Below are positions 18,361 through 27,635 of a stretch of 34,521 nt of DNA, one piece after another (position 1 is the stretch's first letter; every line of letters begins with the position of its first letter). Origin of the DNA: an uncultured Bacteroidales bacterium (GTDB lineage Bacteria > Bacteroidota > Bacteroidia > Bacteroidales > UBA7960); contig CAZRNU010000018.1 of assembly GCA_964601515.1 (NCBI GenBank), forward strand, positions 1-34,521, read 5' to 3'. Position numbers and translations under genes: made by a program. The notes beneath the pieces were generated by a model that searched no databases, was not told the origin of the DNA, and saw only the letters and a program-made list of their open reading frames with translations.

Positions 18361-19788
18361 CTAAAAATAAAGATCTCTTTTTCCGTTTTTAAGTTGTTCT
18401 ATCCTTTCTCTAAGCTTCGCTTTAACCTTTTCATCAGGCAGAGCTTCTATATTCTTTTCAATTACTTGCCATCCCTTATGCGATGTGTTTTCAGGAGCGT
18501 AATCTAAAAGGTACTCAGCCAAGGTTAGAATAGCATTTGGAGAACAAAACCTTTTTATAAAACCAGGAACAGAAAATTCCATGAAATGTTCACCTGTTCT
18601 GCCAAGTCGATAGCATGCAGTACAAAAAGAAGGTAACATATTATGGTCAAGAAGTTCCTCTATAATTTCGTTTAAGGATCTTTCATCATTAATACGAAAC
18701 TGACCTTTGTTCAAATCTTGTTCTGTGTTTTGGGTTCTGGAATAACTTCCAAGTTCAAGTTTAGTACCACCGTCAATTTGACTAACACCGTAATTTATAC
18801 ATTCATTTCTAATTTCTTTGGGTTCGCGAGCAGTTAGTATCATACCTGTATAAGGTACCGCAAGCCTTAGTATTGCAATCATTTTTGCAAAGTCGCTGTC
18901 GCTAACAATATATTTTGATCCCATTTGAAGCATTGAAGCATCTTTAATTCTTGGGAAAGAAATTGTATGAGGACCAACATTATAGCAGGCTTCAAGATGA
19001 TTAGTGTGTCTTATTAATCCTAAAACTTCATATCTCCAATCATATAGACCGAATAATGCACCAATGCCAACATCATCTAATCCGGCTTCCTGAGCTCTGT
19101 CTAGAGAAGTTAATCTATAATTGAAGTCAGCTTTTTTACCTCTTATATGATATGTTTTGTATGCTTCAGGGTGGTATGTTTCCTGAAATACCTGAAAAGT
19201 TCCAATTCCGGCTTCTTTTACTTTTCTAAATCCTTCAATTTCTAGGGGAGCAGCATTTATGTTTACTCTTCTAATCTCACCGTTGCCTTTTTTTACCGAG
19301 TATGCAAGCTTTGTGCAATGTGCAATATAGTCGGCATCGTATTGATCGTGTTCGCCAAAAACAAGGATTAAACGTTTTTGCCCGTTATCTTCAAGTGCTT
19401 CTATTTCTTGTGTAATTTCAATATCAGACAGAGTCTTTCTTACAGCATCTTTATTGCTAGCTCTGAATCCGCAATATGTACAGTTGTTTTTACATTTATT
19501 ACCAATGTATAATGGAGCAAAAAGAACGATGCGATTACCATAAATGTTTTCTTTAAGTTTACGAGCACCATCTTTTATCATTTCTACCAGGTCAGGATCA
19601 GTTGTGTTTGTTAAAACAGCAGTTTCCTGCATGCTAAGCCTGTTTTTTGATAGAGATTTTTCAATGATATCTTTAATTAATGCTCTGTCAGGTTTTGCAT
19701 TGTTAAGTATGTCATGAATCTCTTCAGGGTCAATGAAAGGCTGCATTGGCGCATCGGGAATCCTATATTGTTGAGTAATAAATTTCAT
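18361..19788 (-). CDS. hydG: [FeFe]-hydrogenase maturase HydG (radical SAM, ThiH-like tyrosine lyase)
   Basis: 475 aa. CKNNCTYCGF radical-SAM motif. C-terminal auxiliary-cluster cysteines (FCTACYRLGRTGEHF...FCSPNA). ThiH-like length. Confidence 0.88.
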   Translation of the reverse strand: MKFITQQYRIPDAPMQPFIDPEEIHDILNNAKPDRALIKDIIEKSLSKNRLSMQETAVLTNTTDPDLVEMIKDGARKLKENIYGNRIVLFAPLYIGNKCKNNCTYCGFRASNKDAVRKTLSDIEITQEIEALEDNGQKRLILVFGEHDQYDADYIAHCTKLAYSVKKGNGEIRRVNINAAPLEIEGFRKVKEAGIGTFQVFQETYHPEAYKTYHIRGKKADFNYRLTSLDRAQEAGLDDVGIGALFGLYDWRYEVLGLIRHTNHLEACYNVGPHTISFPRIKDASMLQMGSKYIVSDSDFAKMIAILRLAVPYTGMILTAREPKEIRNECINYGVSQIDGGTKLELGSYSRTQNTEQDLNKGQFRINDERSLNEIIEELLDHNMLPSFCTACYRLGRTGEHFMEFSVPGFIKRFCSPNAILTLAEYLLDYAPENTSHKGWQVIEKNIEALPDEKVKAKLRERIEQLKNGKRDLYF

Positions 19789-19816
19789 TTCAAATGTGAT
19801 TTAGCTATAAAACTGT

Positions 19817-20935
19817 TTAAGCAGGAATTTTTATTATAAACTTGCTTCCAACATCAGGAGTGCTTTCAACTCTAATGTTGCCCTTATAAAGTTCCACCAT
19901 TTTTTTTGCTATAGATAGCCCCAATCCGCTTCCGGTAATGAACTTTGTTTTGTTGTTTTTAATTCTGACAAAATCTTGGAATAACAACCCTATCTCATCT
20001 TCCGACATTCCTATTCCGGTATCTTCAATAACGATATCTATATTTCCACCATTTTTTCGCAGAGAAACAAAGACCTCACCGTTTTCTTTGTTGTATTTTA
20101 CAGCATTAGAAATCAGGTTATTAAGAATAATTTCAACCTCGTTTTTATCGGCCATCATAAACAAAGACTCATCACAATCCATTTTTAGTTTAATGTTTCT
20201 TTGAATCGCTAGAGGTTCAACTGAGTCAGCTACGGTTCTTGCTATTTCTATAATGTCAATATTTCTTAAATCGCGATTTTTCTTTCCTGATTCCATTCTT
20301 GTAAGGTCGAGCAAGTCGAGGATTAGGTTTCTCATACCTTTAATCCTTTCTATCGACCTATCAACCATTTCCATATAATCATCAAGGTTGTTTCCTAACT
20401 GCTGATCTTTCATCATTTTAAGATAGCCCTCAATTGCATTAATGGGAGATTTTAGTTCGTGAGAAAGAACTGATAGAAATTGAAAGCGAATCTGTTTTCC
20501 TTCTTCTTTCATTTTTCTTGTCATTCTCCTCAAGAATAGATTTTTTGTAATATTTTCGACAGAAGTTTTTAGCTCCTGAGGTGTAAATGGCTTTGGAACG
20601 AAATTAAATGCACCATTATTAGTTGCTTTTATTGCTAATTCAAGTGAAGCGTAGGAAGTAATCATCATAACAGAAATGTCATATTCTTTATTTTTGATAT
20701 ACTCTAAAACTTCAATGCCATCAATACCGGGAAGCTTGTTGTCAAGCAAAATAATATCAAAAGGCGTAGAATCAATCATTTCTATAGCCTTTTCACCAGT
20801 TTCTGCCTCATAGATTTCAAACGTAAAATCTTCATCCATAAAAGGATAGCCTACTGAGAAATCTCTAAGGACTCTCTCGGCTCCTGATCTGATGCCCGGT
20901 TCATCATCTACGATTAATAATTTTAAGGCGCTCAT
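19817..20935 (-). CDS. Hybrid REC-histidine kinase (N-terminal receiver, then HisKA + HATPase_c; no sensor or TM domain)
   Basis: 372 aa. Receiver LLIVDDEPGIRSG...ILLDNKLPGIDG. H-box LSHELKSPINAI. N-box ISNAVKYN. G1 EDTGIGM. G2 GSGLGLS. Confidence 0.85.
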   Translation of the reverse strand: MSALKLLIVDDEPGIRSGAERVLRDFSVGYPFMDEDFTFEIYEAETGEKAIEMIDSTPFDIILLDNKLPGIDGIEVLEYIKNKEYDISVMMITSYASLELAIKATNNGAFNFVPKPFTPQELKTSVENITKNLFLRRMTRKMKEEGKQIRFQFLSVLSHELKSPINAIEGYLKMMKDQQLGNNLDDYMEMVDRSIERIKGMRNLILDLLDLTRMESGKKNRDLRNIDIIEIARTVADSVEPLAIQRNIKLKMDCDESLFMMADKNEVEIILNNLISNAVKYNKENGEVFVSLRKNGGNIDIVIEDTGIGMSEDEIGLLFQDFVRIKNNKTKFITGSGLGLSIAKKMVELYKGNIRVESTPDVGSKFIIKIPA

Positions 20936-20938
20936 AAC

Positions 20939-21337
20939 TTATATTTTTAAAAGTTTATTTATTTCTCTATGAAGTTGATCCGGTCTTAGGCCTTTTTCAA
21001 GGTATAAGTCGGCTTTTATCCATCCTCTGTCAGTTTCATCTTCCAGGCTGAAAATCATTCCTGTTTCCGAAGTCATTGCAGAAGCAATAATTACAGGTAC
21101 TTCAGGGTAGCGGTTTTTAATTCTATGACTAAGGATAAAGCCGCTATCTTTATTTTCCATCATAAGATCAAGAATTGCAAGGTCAGGTTTGATTTTGCCA
21201 ATCATGTCTTCACCTTCCTTTTGGCCGCAAGCACTTATTACTTCAAAGCCAATGCTTTCAAGAATCTTTGTCATTTGAAAGATATAGTCTACATCGTCAT
21301 CTACCAGAAAGATTTTCTTTTTATTATTTGTTTCCAT
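20939..21337 (-). CDS. Single-domain response-regulator receiver (CheY-like); paralogue of 27636..28136
   Basis: KKIFLVDDDVDYIFQMTKILESIGFEVISA...KPDLAILDLMMEN. No output domain. The ORF track start 21400 overlaps the upstream gene; the ATG at 21337 (METNNKKKIF...) is preferred. Confidence 0.8.
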   Translation of the reverse strand: METNNKKKIFLVDDDVDYIFQMTKILESIGFEVISACGQKEGEDMIGKIKPDLAILDLMMENKDSGFILSHRIKNRYPEVPVIIASAMTSETGMIFSLEDETDRGWIKADLYLEKGLRPDQLHREINKLLKI

Positions 21338-21347
21338 AGCTATTTTT

Positions 21348-23333
21348 TTAATTAATTCTAGGTAATGTAATTTTAAATTCTGTTCCTGTTTGGCCCGCAT
21401 TTGGGTTTGAGTTTGATTTTACTGCAATTTTACCACTGTGCATTTTAATAATACCATAAACAAGTGGTAGCCCTAATCCGGTTCCTTTTCCTATTTCTTT
21501 AGTTGTGAAAAATGGAGTAAATAGTTTATCCATATTTTCTTCAGGTATTCCTGAGCCTGTATCACAGATGTTTATTTCGATATGTTTATCATCTCCATTT
21601 ACGAATATATTTATCTCCCCACCTTCAGGCATTGCTTCAATGGCATTTTTTTCAATGTTTGTAAAAACCTGAATCATTTGGTCAGGGTCAAGCATTAAGA
21701 ATGGGTCTGATATTCCTGAAATTACAGATGTTTTAATGTTTGCAGGAATAACCACAGAGTCCAAACTGTGATGTAAAAACTCCACAATATCAACCTCCTG
21801 AACTTTAATTTTATTTTTTCTTGCAAAGTTTAGCAAGCCACTAACAATACCTTTGCATCTGTGTGCTTGTTCAACAATCAAAGCAACATCTTTTCGAAGA
21901 GGGTCTTCAGTTTTTAGCTCATCGAGAATAATATTGCTGTACATGGTAATTACACCAAGTGGGTTATTTAACTCATGAGCTATTCCGGCAGAAATTTGCC
22001 CCATATTTGCTAGTTTCTCGGAATGTTTCAACGCAAGCTTTGTGTTTTTAAGCTTTTCATTTGAGTCGTTTAGATCAGCAACATATTTGTGCAATTTCTC
22101 TATTGTATAAGGCAAGCACATTTCAGATTCAGCATAGCCTTGTACTACAGATATTGCATGTTCATAGCATGTTTCATAGCCACAGGCACCACAATTTAAA
22201 TAATCAGAAGTTTTTATCTTACCCATTCTATTAAGAACTTGCTTAATTTCCTCCTGATCAGGGTCAGATATTCTCCTGTCTAGTGCTCTGAATGTTTGCG
22301 AAAGATTTAGGTCTTTGTAATTATCTATATTCTGATTCCACTTTTCTAAATCTAGATTAGCAATTTTCTCTTTAACATATTTGCTGATTTGGGATCGTTT
22401 AAAGAAATACTTGTTCTTTTCACTCATCCCCGGGCCTAAAATACAGCCTTCACAGCAAAGAAGTTCCAGATTATAGTTTGAAATTTCGCCTCTTTCAAAT
22501 TCTTTGATAGCTTCTTTAAAGTTGTGCTTTCCAGAATCTACTATAACATTTCCTTCTGCGATATTATCGCTCTTTTTTAGGTTTTGCGACAAGCCTCTTG
22601 TTACAGGGAAAATGGCACCCATTGCTGATTGCGGTCCGTCAAAATCTCCAGCTTCAACTTCGCTTGAAGTTATTTTATATTTCTCAAACAGATCGCGTAA
22701 TTCTCGGAATGTTATTGCAACATCAATTTCGTCAGATTCAGCTTTTTTTGCAAAACAAGGCCCTATAAAAACTGTTTTTACATTATTCCCGTATGTTTCT
22801 TTTATTAGTCTTGATGTTGCCACCATCGGAGAAACAATAGGAGCAATTTTATTTACAAGTTCCGGATGAAAATGTTCTATATAAAAAACTACTGCCGGAC
22901 AATCTGAAGAAATAAATGTTTGTTGTGAATTGTCTTCTAATAGTTGATTATATTTTTTTGCAACAAGATCAGCGCCGAATGCTACATCAAACACTTTATC
23001 GAATCCCAGTTTTCTTAACATTCCTGTAAGAATTCTATAGTCATTTATATCAGTAAATTCAGCTGGGAAGCTAGGTGCAAGCAGTGCATATACCGGCGCT
23101 TCTTTTGTTTGCAAGAGTGATTCTACCTCTGATTTTAAATCCAGTACAACTTTAGCATTTTGACTACAAACAGAAACACAATTACCACATCCAATACATC
23201 TTTCACTTAGTACCTCTGCCTGTCCGTTTATTATTTTTATTGCTTTAACAGGACATTCCCTCACGCAGGTAAAGCAAACCCTGCATTTATCTTTCACTGT
23301 GAATACTAATTCATTTCTTTTTGCATGTCCCAT
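21348..23333 (-). CDS. [FeFe]-hydrogenase-like (H-cluster-type) domain fused to a histidine kinase: putative sensory hydrogenase kinase (HydS-like, no PAS)
   Basis: 661 aa. aa 17-56: two 4Fe-4S ferredoxin motifs (CRVCFTCVRECP, CIGCGNCVSVC). aa ~70-300: domain alignable to adjacent HydA, with SSDCP (cf. TSCCP), GPCFAKKAE (cf. MPCTAKKFE) and LLCCEGCILGPG (cf. EVMACPGGCINGGG). An extra 4-Cys cluster, NCGACGYETC...EMC. Coiled-coil linker. H-box AGIAHELNNPL. N-box EKNAIEAMPEGG. G-boxes CDTGSGIPEE and GKGTGLGLPLV. Confidence 0.8.
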   Translation of the reverse strand: MGHAKRNELVFTVKDKCRVCFTCVRECPVKAIKIINGQAEVLSERCIGCGNCVSVCSQNAKVVLDLKSEVESLLQTKEAPVYALLAPSFPAEFTDINDYRILTGMLRKLGFDKVFDVAFGADLVAKKYNQLLEDNSQQTFISSDCPAVVFYIEHFHPELVNKIAPIVSPMVATSRLIKETYGNNVKTVFIGPCFAKKAESDEIDVAITFRELRDLFEKYKITSSEVEAGDFDGPQSAMGAIFPVTRGLSQNLKKSDNIAEGNVIVDSGKHNFKEAIKEFERGEISNYNLELLCCEGCILGPGMSEKNKYFFKRSQISKYVKEKIANLDLEKWNQNIDNYKDLNLSQTFRALDRRISDPDQEEIKQVLNRMGKIKTSDYLNCGACGYETCYEHAISVVQGYAESEMCLPYTIEKLHKYVADLNDSNEKLKNTKLALKHSEKLANMGQISAGIAHELNNPLGVITMYSNIILDELKTEDPLRKDVALIVEQAHRCKGIVSGLLNFARKNKIKVQEVDIVEFLHHSLDSVVIPANIKTSVISGISDPFLMLDPDQMIQVFTNIEKNAIEAMPEGGEINIFVNGDDKHIEINICDTGSGIPEENMDKLFTPFFTTKEIGKGTGLGLPLVYGIIKMHSGKIAVKSNSNPNAGQTGTEFKITLPRIN

Positions 23334-23358
23334 TTTAACTCAATTTAAATTCATATTA

Positions 23359-25083
23359 CTATAAAAGAACATCTCTTTTGCAATAATGTGTGTGAAGCAA
23401 TTCATGAGATTTGTGACCTAGCGGTTTGCCAAGGAAATCTTTGTAAATTTGAATGATTTCAGGGTTCTTATGTGATACCTTGATTGTTTCTTTGTCATCA
23501 ATATCATATAATGCTTTCATTCTGGCTTTTACAGCTTCCTCAGAGGCTCCAATGTGTTGTCCGCCTCCATTAATACAACCACCCGGGCAAGCCATTACTT
23601 CAATGAAATGATAGTTTTTCTTACCTTCATTAACTTGTTTCAACAGTTTTCTTGCATTAGCAAGTCCGTTTACAACGGCAACATTTACTGTTAGACCATT
23701 TATTTCAAGAGAAGCTTCTTTACAACCATCTAATCCCCTTAAAGCCTCAATTTTAAATCTCATTAATTCTTCTCCGGTAAGCATGTTATAAGCTGTTCTA
23801 ACTGCAGCTTCCATAACCCCACCTGATGCGCCGAATAGTTTTCCGGCAGAACTTCTGAATCCAAGAGGAGAGTCAGTTGTTTCAGGTGCGATATTGTTTA
23901 TATCTATGCCAAACATTCTGATAAGCTGACCTAATTCACGGGTTGTAAGCACTGCATCTACATCAGTAATTCCTTTATTGGTCATCTCTTCTCTTTGTGC
24001 TTCAAATTTCTTTGCAGTACAAGGCATGATTGAAACTGAATAAATATTTTCAGGTTTTATTCCGGCTTTTTCAGCCCAGTAAGTTTTTATTACTGCACCC
24101 ATCATTTGTTGAGGTGATTTACAGCTTGATAAATTTGGAAGCATCTCAGGATAAAACTCTTCAGCAAATTTTACCCAACCCGGACAACAACTTGTTATCA
24201 TTGGAAGTGTTCCACCTGTTTTTACTCTCTCAACTAGTTCGGCAGCTTCTTCCATAATTGTAAGGTCTGCTGTGAATGTTGTGTCGAAAACATATTTGAA
24301 TCCGATTTTACGCAATGCTGCATTCATAACGCTGTTAATATCCAATCCGGCAGGAAGCTTGAATTCTTCTGCAAGTGATACTGAAATTGATGGAGCATAC
24401 TGAACAACAACAGTTTTTTCCGGATTATTTAGCATTGCAATCAATTCAGGGAAGTGGCTTTTTTCTGATAAAGCTCCAGTAGGACAAACCATAATACATT
24501 GACCGCAGTTTACACAGCTTGATGTATTTAGTCCAATATTAAATGCTGAACCAATAACCGATTGACTACCTCTATTGATGAAGTCTATGCAGGCAACACC
24601 CATTACATCTTCACAAATACGAACACAACGTCCGCAAAGGATACATTTGTCAGGATCTCTAACAATGCTTGCACTCGACCTGTCAAGATGATTGCTGTTT
24701 TTAACTCCTTTTATTCTGCGTTCACGAACCTGTAATTCTTCTGATAAGTCTTGAAGTTCACAATTTTTGTTTCTTACGCAGTAAAGACAGTCATCCGGGT
24801 GGTTTGATAAAAGCAGCTCAACAATGGTTTTTCTTGACTCAATAACACGAGGAGAATGAGTAAGCACCTTCATGCCTTCTTCTACCGGTGTTGAGCATGC
24901 AGTAACTAATCTGTTAGTGTTAACATTTTCAACTACACACATACGGCAGGAACCTGAAGGAAAGCTACCTTTTATATGGCAAAGAGTTGGAATATGAATG
25001 CCTTGTCTTTTTAATGCATCCAGGATAGTTTCACCTTTCCTTGCTTCGATTTGTTTATTATTGACTTCTATTAAAAAACTCAT
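23359..25083 (-). CDS. hydA: [FeFe] hydrogenase catalytic subunit HydA (CpI-like M3 architecture)
   Basis: 574 aa. N-terminal plant-type 2Fe-2S (CHIKGSFPSGSCRMC...C). His-ligated 4Fe-4S (HPDDCLYCVRNKNC). Two ferredoxin-type 4Fe-4S (CILCGRCVRICE, CVNCGQCIMVCP). Canonical H-cluster motifs TSCCPGW, MPCTAKKFE, EVMACPGGCINGGGQ. Confidence 0.93.
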   Translation of the reverse strand: MSFLIEVNNKQIEARKGETILDALKRQGIHIPTLCHIKGSFPSGSCRMCVVENVNTNRLVTACSTPVEEGMKVLTHSPRVIESRKTIVELLLSNHPDDCLYCVRNKNCELQDLSEELQVRERRIKGVKNSNHLDRSSASIVRDPDKCILCGRCVRICEDVMGVACIDFINRGSQSVIGSAFNIGLNTSSCVNCGQCIMVCPTGALSEKSHFPELIAMLNNPEKTVVVQYAPSISVSLAEEFKLPAGLDINSVMNAALRKIGFKYVFDTTFTADLTIMEEAAELVERVKTGGTLPMITSCCPGWVKFAEEFYPEMLPNLSSCKSPQQMMGAVIKTYWAEKAGIKPENIYSVSIMPCTAKKFEAQREEMTNKGITDVDAVLTTRELGQLIRMFGIDINNIAPETTDSPLGFRSSAGKLFGASGGVMEAAVRTAYNMLTGEELMRFKIEALRGLDGCKEASLEINGLTVNVAVVNGLANARKLLKQVNEGKKNYHFIEVMACPGGCINGGGQHIGASEEAVKARMKALYDIDDKETIKVSHKNPEIIQIYKDFLGKPLGHKSHELLHTHYCKRDVLL

Positions 25084-25101
25084 AGCAGTATGTTTTTAAA
25101 A

Positions 25102-27054
25102 TTATACTATTTCAATTGCTTCAAATTTGCATACATCATAGCAAGCACCACATCCGATACATTTATCTTCTACAATAAAATGAGGAGCTTTTTTACTACC
25201 TATGATGGCATTAACAGGACATTTTTTTGTACATACTGTACAACCTGAGCATTTATCAACGTCTATTTTATATACTTTCAGGTTTTGGCAAACTCCTGCA
25301 GGACAATGTCTGTCGAAAACGTGAGCTTCATATTCGTTTTTAAACCATTTTAGTGTACTTAATACAGGGTTTGGAGCTGTTTGTCCTAAGCCACAAAGTG
25401 AAGTGTCCTTAATAACTTTGCTTAGCTTTTCAATTTGCATTACACCTTTAAATCTGTCAAGAGCTTCAGTTTTGTCGTTAGCATTAGGTTTTGATGTTAT
25501 ACTTTCAAGGATTTCAAGCAGTCTTTTTGTTCCTTCACGGCAAGGGATACATTTTCCACAGCTCTCGCGCTGAATAAATCCCATAAAGAATTTTGCAACA
25601 TCAACCATGCAAGTTTTGTCATCCATTACTACAAGTCCACCTGATCCCATCATTGCACCAACTTTAATTAAGGATTCGTAGTCAATTTGAATATCCAGGT
25701 TTTCTTCAGTTATGCAACCGCCTGATGGTCCACCTATTTGAACAGCTTTAAATTTGCCATTATCCATAATACCGCCGGCAATATTGAAAAGGATTTCTCT
25801 AACGGTTGTTCCCATTGGAATTTCAACAAGACCTGTAAGAGCAATTTTGCCTGATAAAGCAAATACTTTTGTTCCTTTGCTGTTTTCTGTTCCGGTTGAT
25901 GCAAACCAATCTGCCCCGTTTTCTATAATAGTAGAAACATTTGCAAAAGTTTCCACATTGTTTATTACAGTTGGTTTTCCAAATAGTCCGCTTGTAGTTG
26001 GGAATGGTGGTCTTGGGCGTGGCATACCTCTTTTACCTTCAATGCTATGCATTAACGCCGTTTCTTCACCGCAAACAAAAGCACCTGCACCTTTTTTGAT
26101 TTTTATTTCAAAATCAACTCCTGTTTCAAAAATATTTTTTCCAACGAGTCCGTATTCTTTTGCTTGTTTAATTGCTATTTCAAGTCTTTCAATTGCTAGT
26201 GGGTATTCTGCACGAATATAAATATATGCTTTAGTTGCTCCAATTGCATAAGCTCCAATTGCCATACCTTCGATTAGCTTATGAGGGTCACCTTCTATAA
26301 CAGCTCTGTCCATAAAAGCACCCGGATCGCCCTCATCTGCATTGCAAATAAGATATTTCTGATCACTTTTTTCAGAGTTTGCAAATTTCCATTTGCGACC
26401 TGTTGGGAAGCCACCGCCCCCTCTGCCTCTTAATCCGCTTTTTTCAATAATGTCGCATACTTCAAAAGCAGTATATGAATTGATGGCTTTAATATAACTT
26501 TTATATCCGCCTCTAGCAATGTATTCTCCAATGTCAACCGGGTCAATTATACCACAGTTTTTCAATACCAATCTTTTTTGTGGAGCGAAAAAAGGATGTT
26601 CGTTCAAGAATTTTGCACCTTGCCATTTTGATGCACCCGGCAATTCTATTTGCCCTAAGATTTCTGCATCCGGAAGTTCAAGATTGAAAATGCTGTTTAG
26701 AGCTTTTTCAACTTTTTCTTCTGTCATATTTTGTAAAGCAAGTCTGTTGTGCCCCGGAAGTTGAACATCGAGAATTGGCTCAACTGCACAAAGGCCTATA
26801 CATCCGGTTTCAATAACCTTAGCTGTGATGTTTTTTTCGTTCAGGTATTTTTTTACGGCTGAAAGGGTTTTGCCGGCTCCGGCACCAAGACCGCATGTTC
26901 CCGAACCTACATATATTAAAGGTTCGCTTATTTTTTCATGACGTAATATAGAAATTTGCTCAAGCAATTCTTTGTCTTTTGAATTGTTTGTAAAATCCCT
27001 CAAAACATCATTAATAAGGAAATCTTTTACGGAATTATTATTTTGTACGTTCAT
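25102..27054 (-). CDS. hydB: NuoF-like flavoprotein subunit HydB of trimeric [FeFe] hydrogenase (NAD(H)- and FMN-binding, multiple Fe-S)
   Basis: 650 aa. N-terminal thioredoxin-like 2Fe-2S region. FMN/NADH block GRGGGGFPTGRKW. 51-kDa-subunit 4Fe-4S motif ESCGKCIPCREGT. Two C-terminal ferredoxin motifs (CSGCTVCTKKCP, CIGCGACYDVC). Confidence 0.9.
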   Translation of the reverse strand: MNVQNNNSVKDFLINDVLRDFTNNSKDKELLEQISILRHEKISEPLIYVGSGTCGLGAGAGKTLSAVKKYLNEKNITAKVIETGCIGLCAVEPILDVQLPGHNRLALQNMTEEKVEKALNSIFNLELPDAEILGQIELPGASKWQGAKFLNEHPFFAPQKRLVLKNCGIIDPVDIGEYIARGGYKSYIKAINSYTAFEVCDIIEKSGLRGRGGGGFPTGRKWKFANSEKSDQKYLICNADEGDPGAFMDRAVIEGDPHKLIEGMAIGAYAIGATKAYIYIRAEYPLAIERLEIAIKQAKEYGLVGKNIFETGVDFEIKIKKGAGAFVCGEETALMHSIEGKRGMPRPRPPFPTTSGLFGKPTVINNVETFANVSTIIENGADWFASTGTENSKGTKVFALSGKIALTGLVEIPMGTTVREILFNIAGGIMDNGKFKAVQIGGPSGGCITEENLDIQIDYESLIKVGAMMGSGGLVVMDDKTCMVDVAKFFMGFIQRESCGKCIPCREGTKRLLEILESITSKPNANDKTEALDRFKGVMQIEKLSKVIKDTSLCGLGQTAPNPVLSTLKWFKNEYEAHVFDRHCPAGVCQNLKVYKIDVDKCSGCTVCTKKCPVNAIIGSKKAPHFIVEDKCIGCGACYDVCKFEAIEIV

Positions 27055-27056
27055 AA

Positions 27057-27518
27057 TTATTCTTGATTACGATAGTTATCCAAAATTTCTTTAATCGATT
27101 CGCCTGTTACTTTTGCATGGAAGTTCCCATTAATTGCTATAACAGGTGCGAGTCCGCATGCTCCGATACAAGCCACAACCTCAAGGCTGAATACACCATC
27201 CCTTGAGGTTTGACCTGATTTAACTCCAATATTTTTTTCTATTTCATCCAAAACTGTTGCTGAGCCAAGAACGTGACATGCTGTACCCCTGCATACCTGA
27301 ATATGATTCTTGCCTAGTGGGGTAAATCTAAATTGGTTGTAAAATGTTGCTACTCCAAATATTTTACTTGCCGGCATCTTTAAATACTGTCCAACCTCAA
27401 TTACTGCTTCTTTCGATAAATATCCATCATGATCTTGAATGTCTTGCAGTATTGGAATTAGGCTGTCAGCACTTCCTTCAGGATAATTTGTTAGAATTGA
27501 TTTTATGTTTGTTTCCAT
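27057..27518 (-). CDS. hydC: NuoE-like thioredoxin-fold [2Fe-2S] subunit HydC
   Basis: CRGTACHVLGS...CIGACGLAPV cysteine pattern of the 24-kDa subunit family. The ATG at 27518 (METNIKSILTNYPEG...) is preferred over the ORF track start 27617, whose 33-aa extension has no family-like sequence. Confidence 0.85.
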   Translation of the reverse strand: METNIKSILTNYPEGSADSLIPILQDIQDHDGYLSKEAVIEVGQYLKMPASKIFGVATFYNQFRFTPLGKNHIQVCRGTACHVLGSATVLDEIEKNIGVKSGQTSRDGVFSLEVVACIGACGLAPVIAINGNFHAKVTGESIKEILDNYRNQE

Positions 27519-27635
27519 AATTCTTTTTATAAAACCTTGTAAAGGATATTTGTGTCTAAAACTTCTTGATATTAATTGATGCCAGTTGAACGATGAAATA
27601 CTACTTACCACTAACAACTGTCAACTATGCAATAA

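Noticed and set aside
25754-26221. Antisense ORFs inside hydB (155 aa) and similar shadow ORFs (1258..1467, 1828..2091, 3934..4119, 10526..10807, 11010..11360, 22504..22869, 29877..30188, 30617..31128)
   Set aside because: They lie wholly inside and opposite to strongly supported genes, have low-complexity or hydrophobic composition, and show no motifs. Typical AT-rich antisense frames.
27519-27617. Upstream start for hydC (MLVVSSISSFNWHQ...) as given by the ORF track
   Set aside because: The 33-aa extension has no NuoE-like sequence. The downstream Met (METNIKSILTNYPEG...) yields a typical family N-terminus and leaves a 117-nt spacer.
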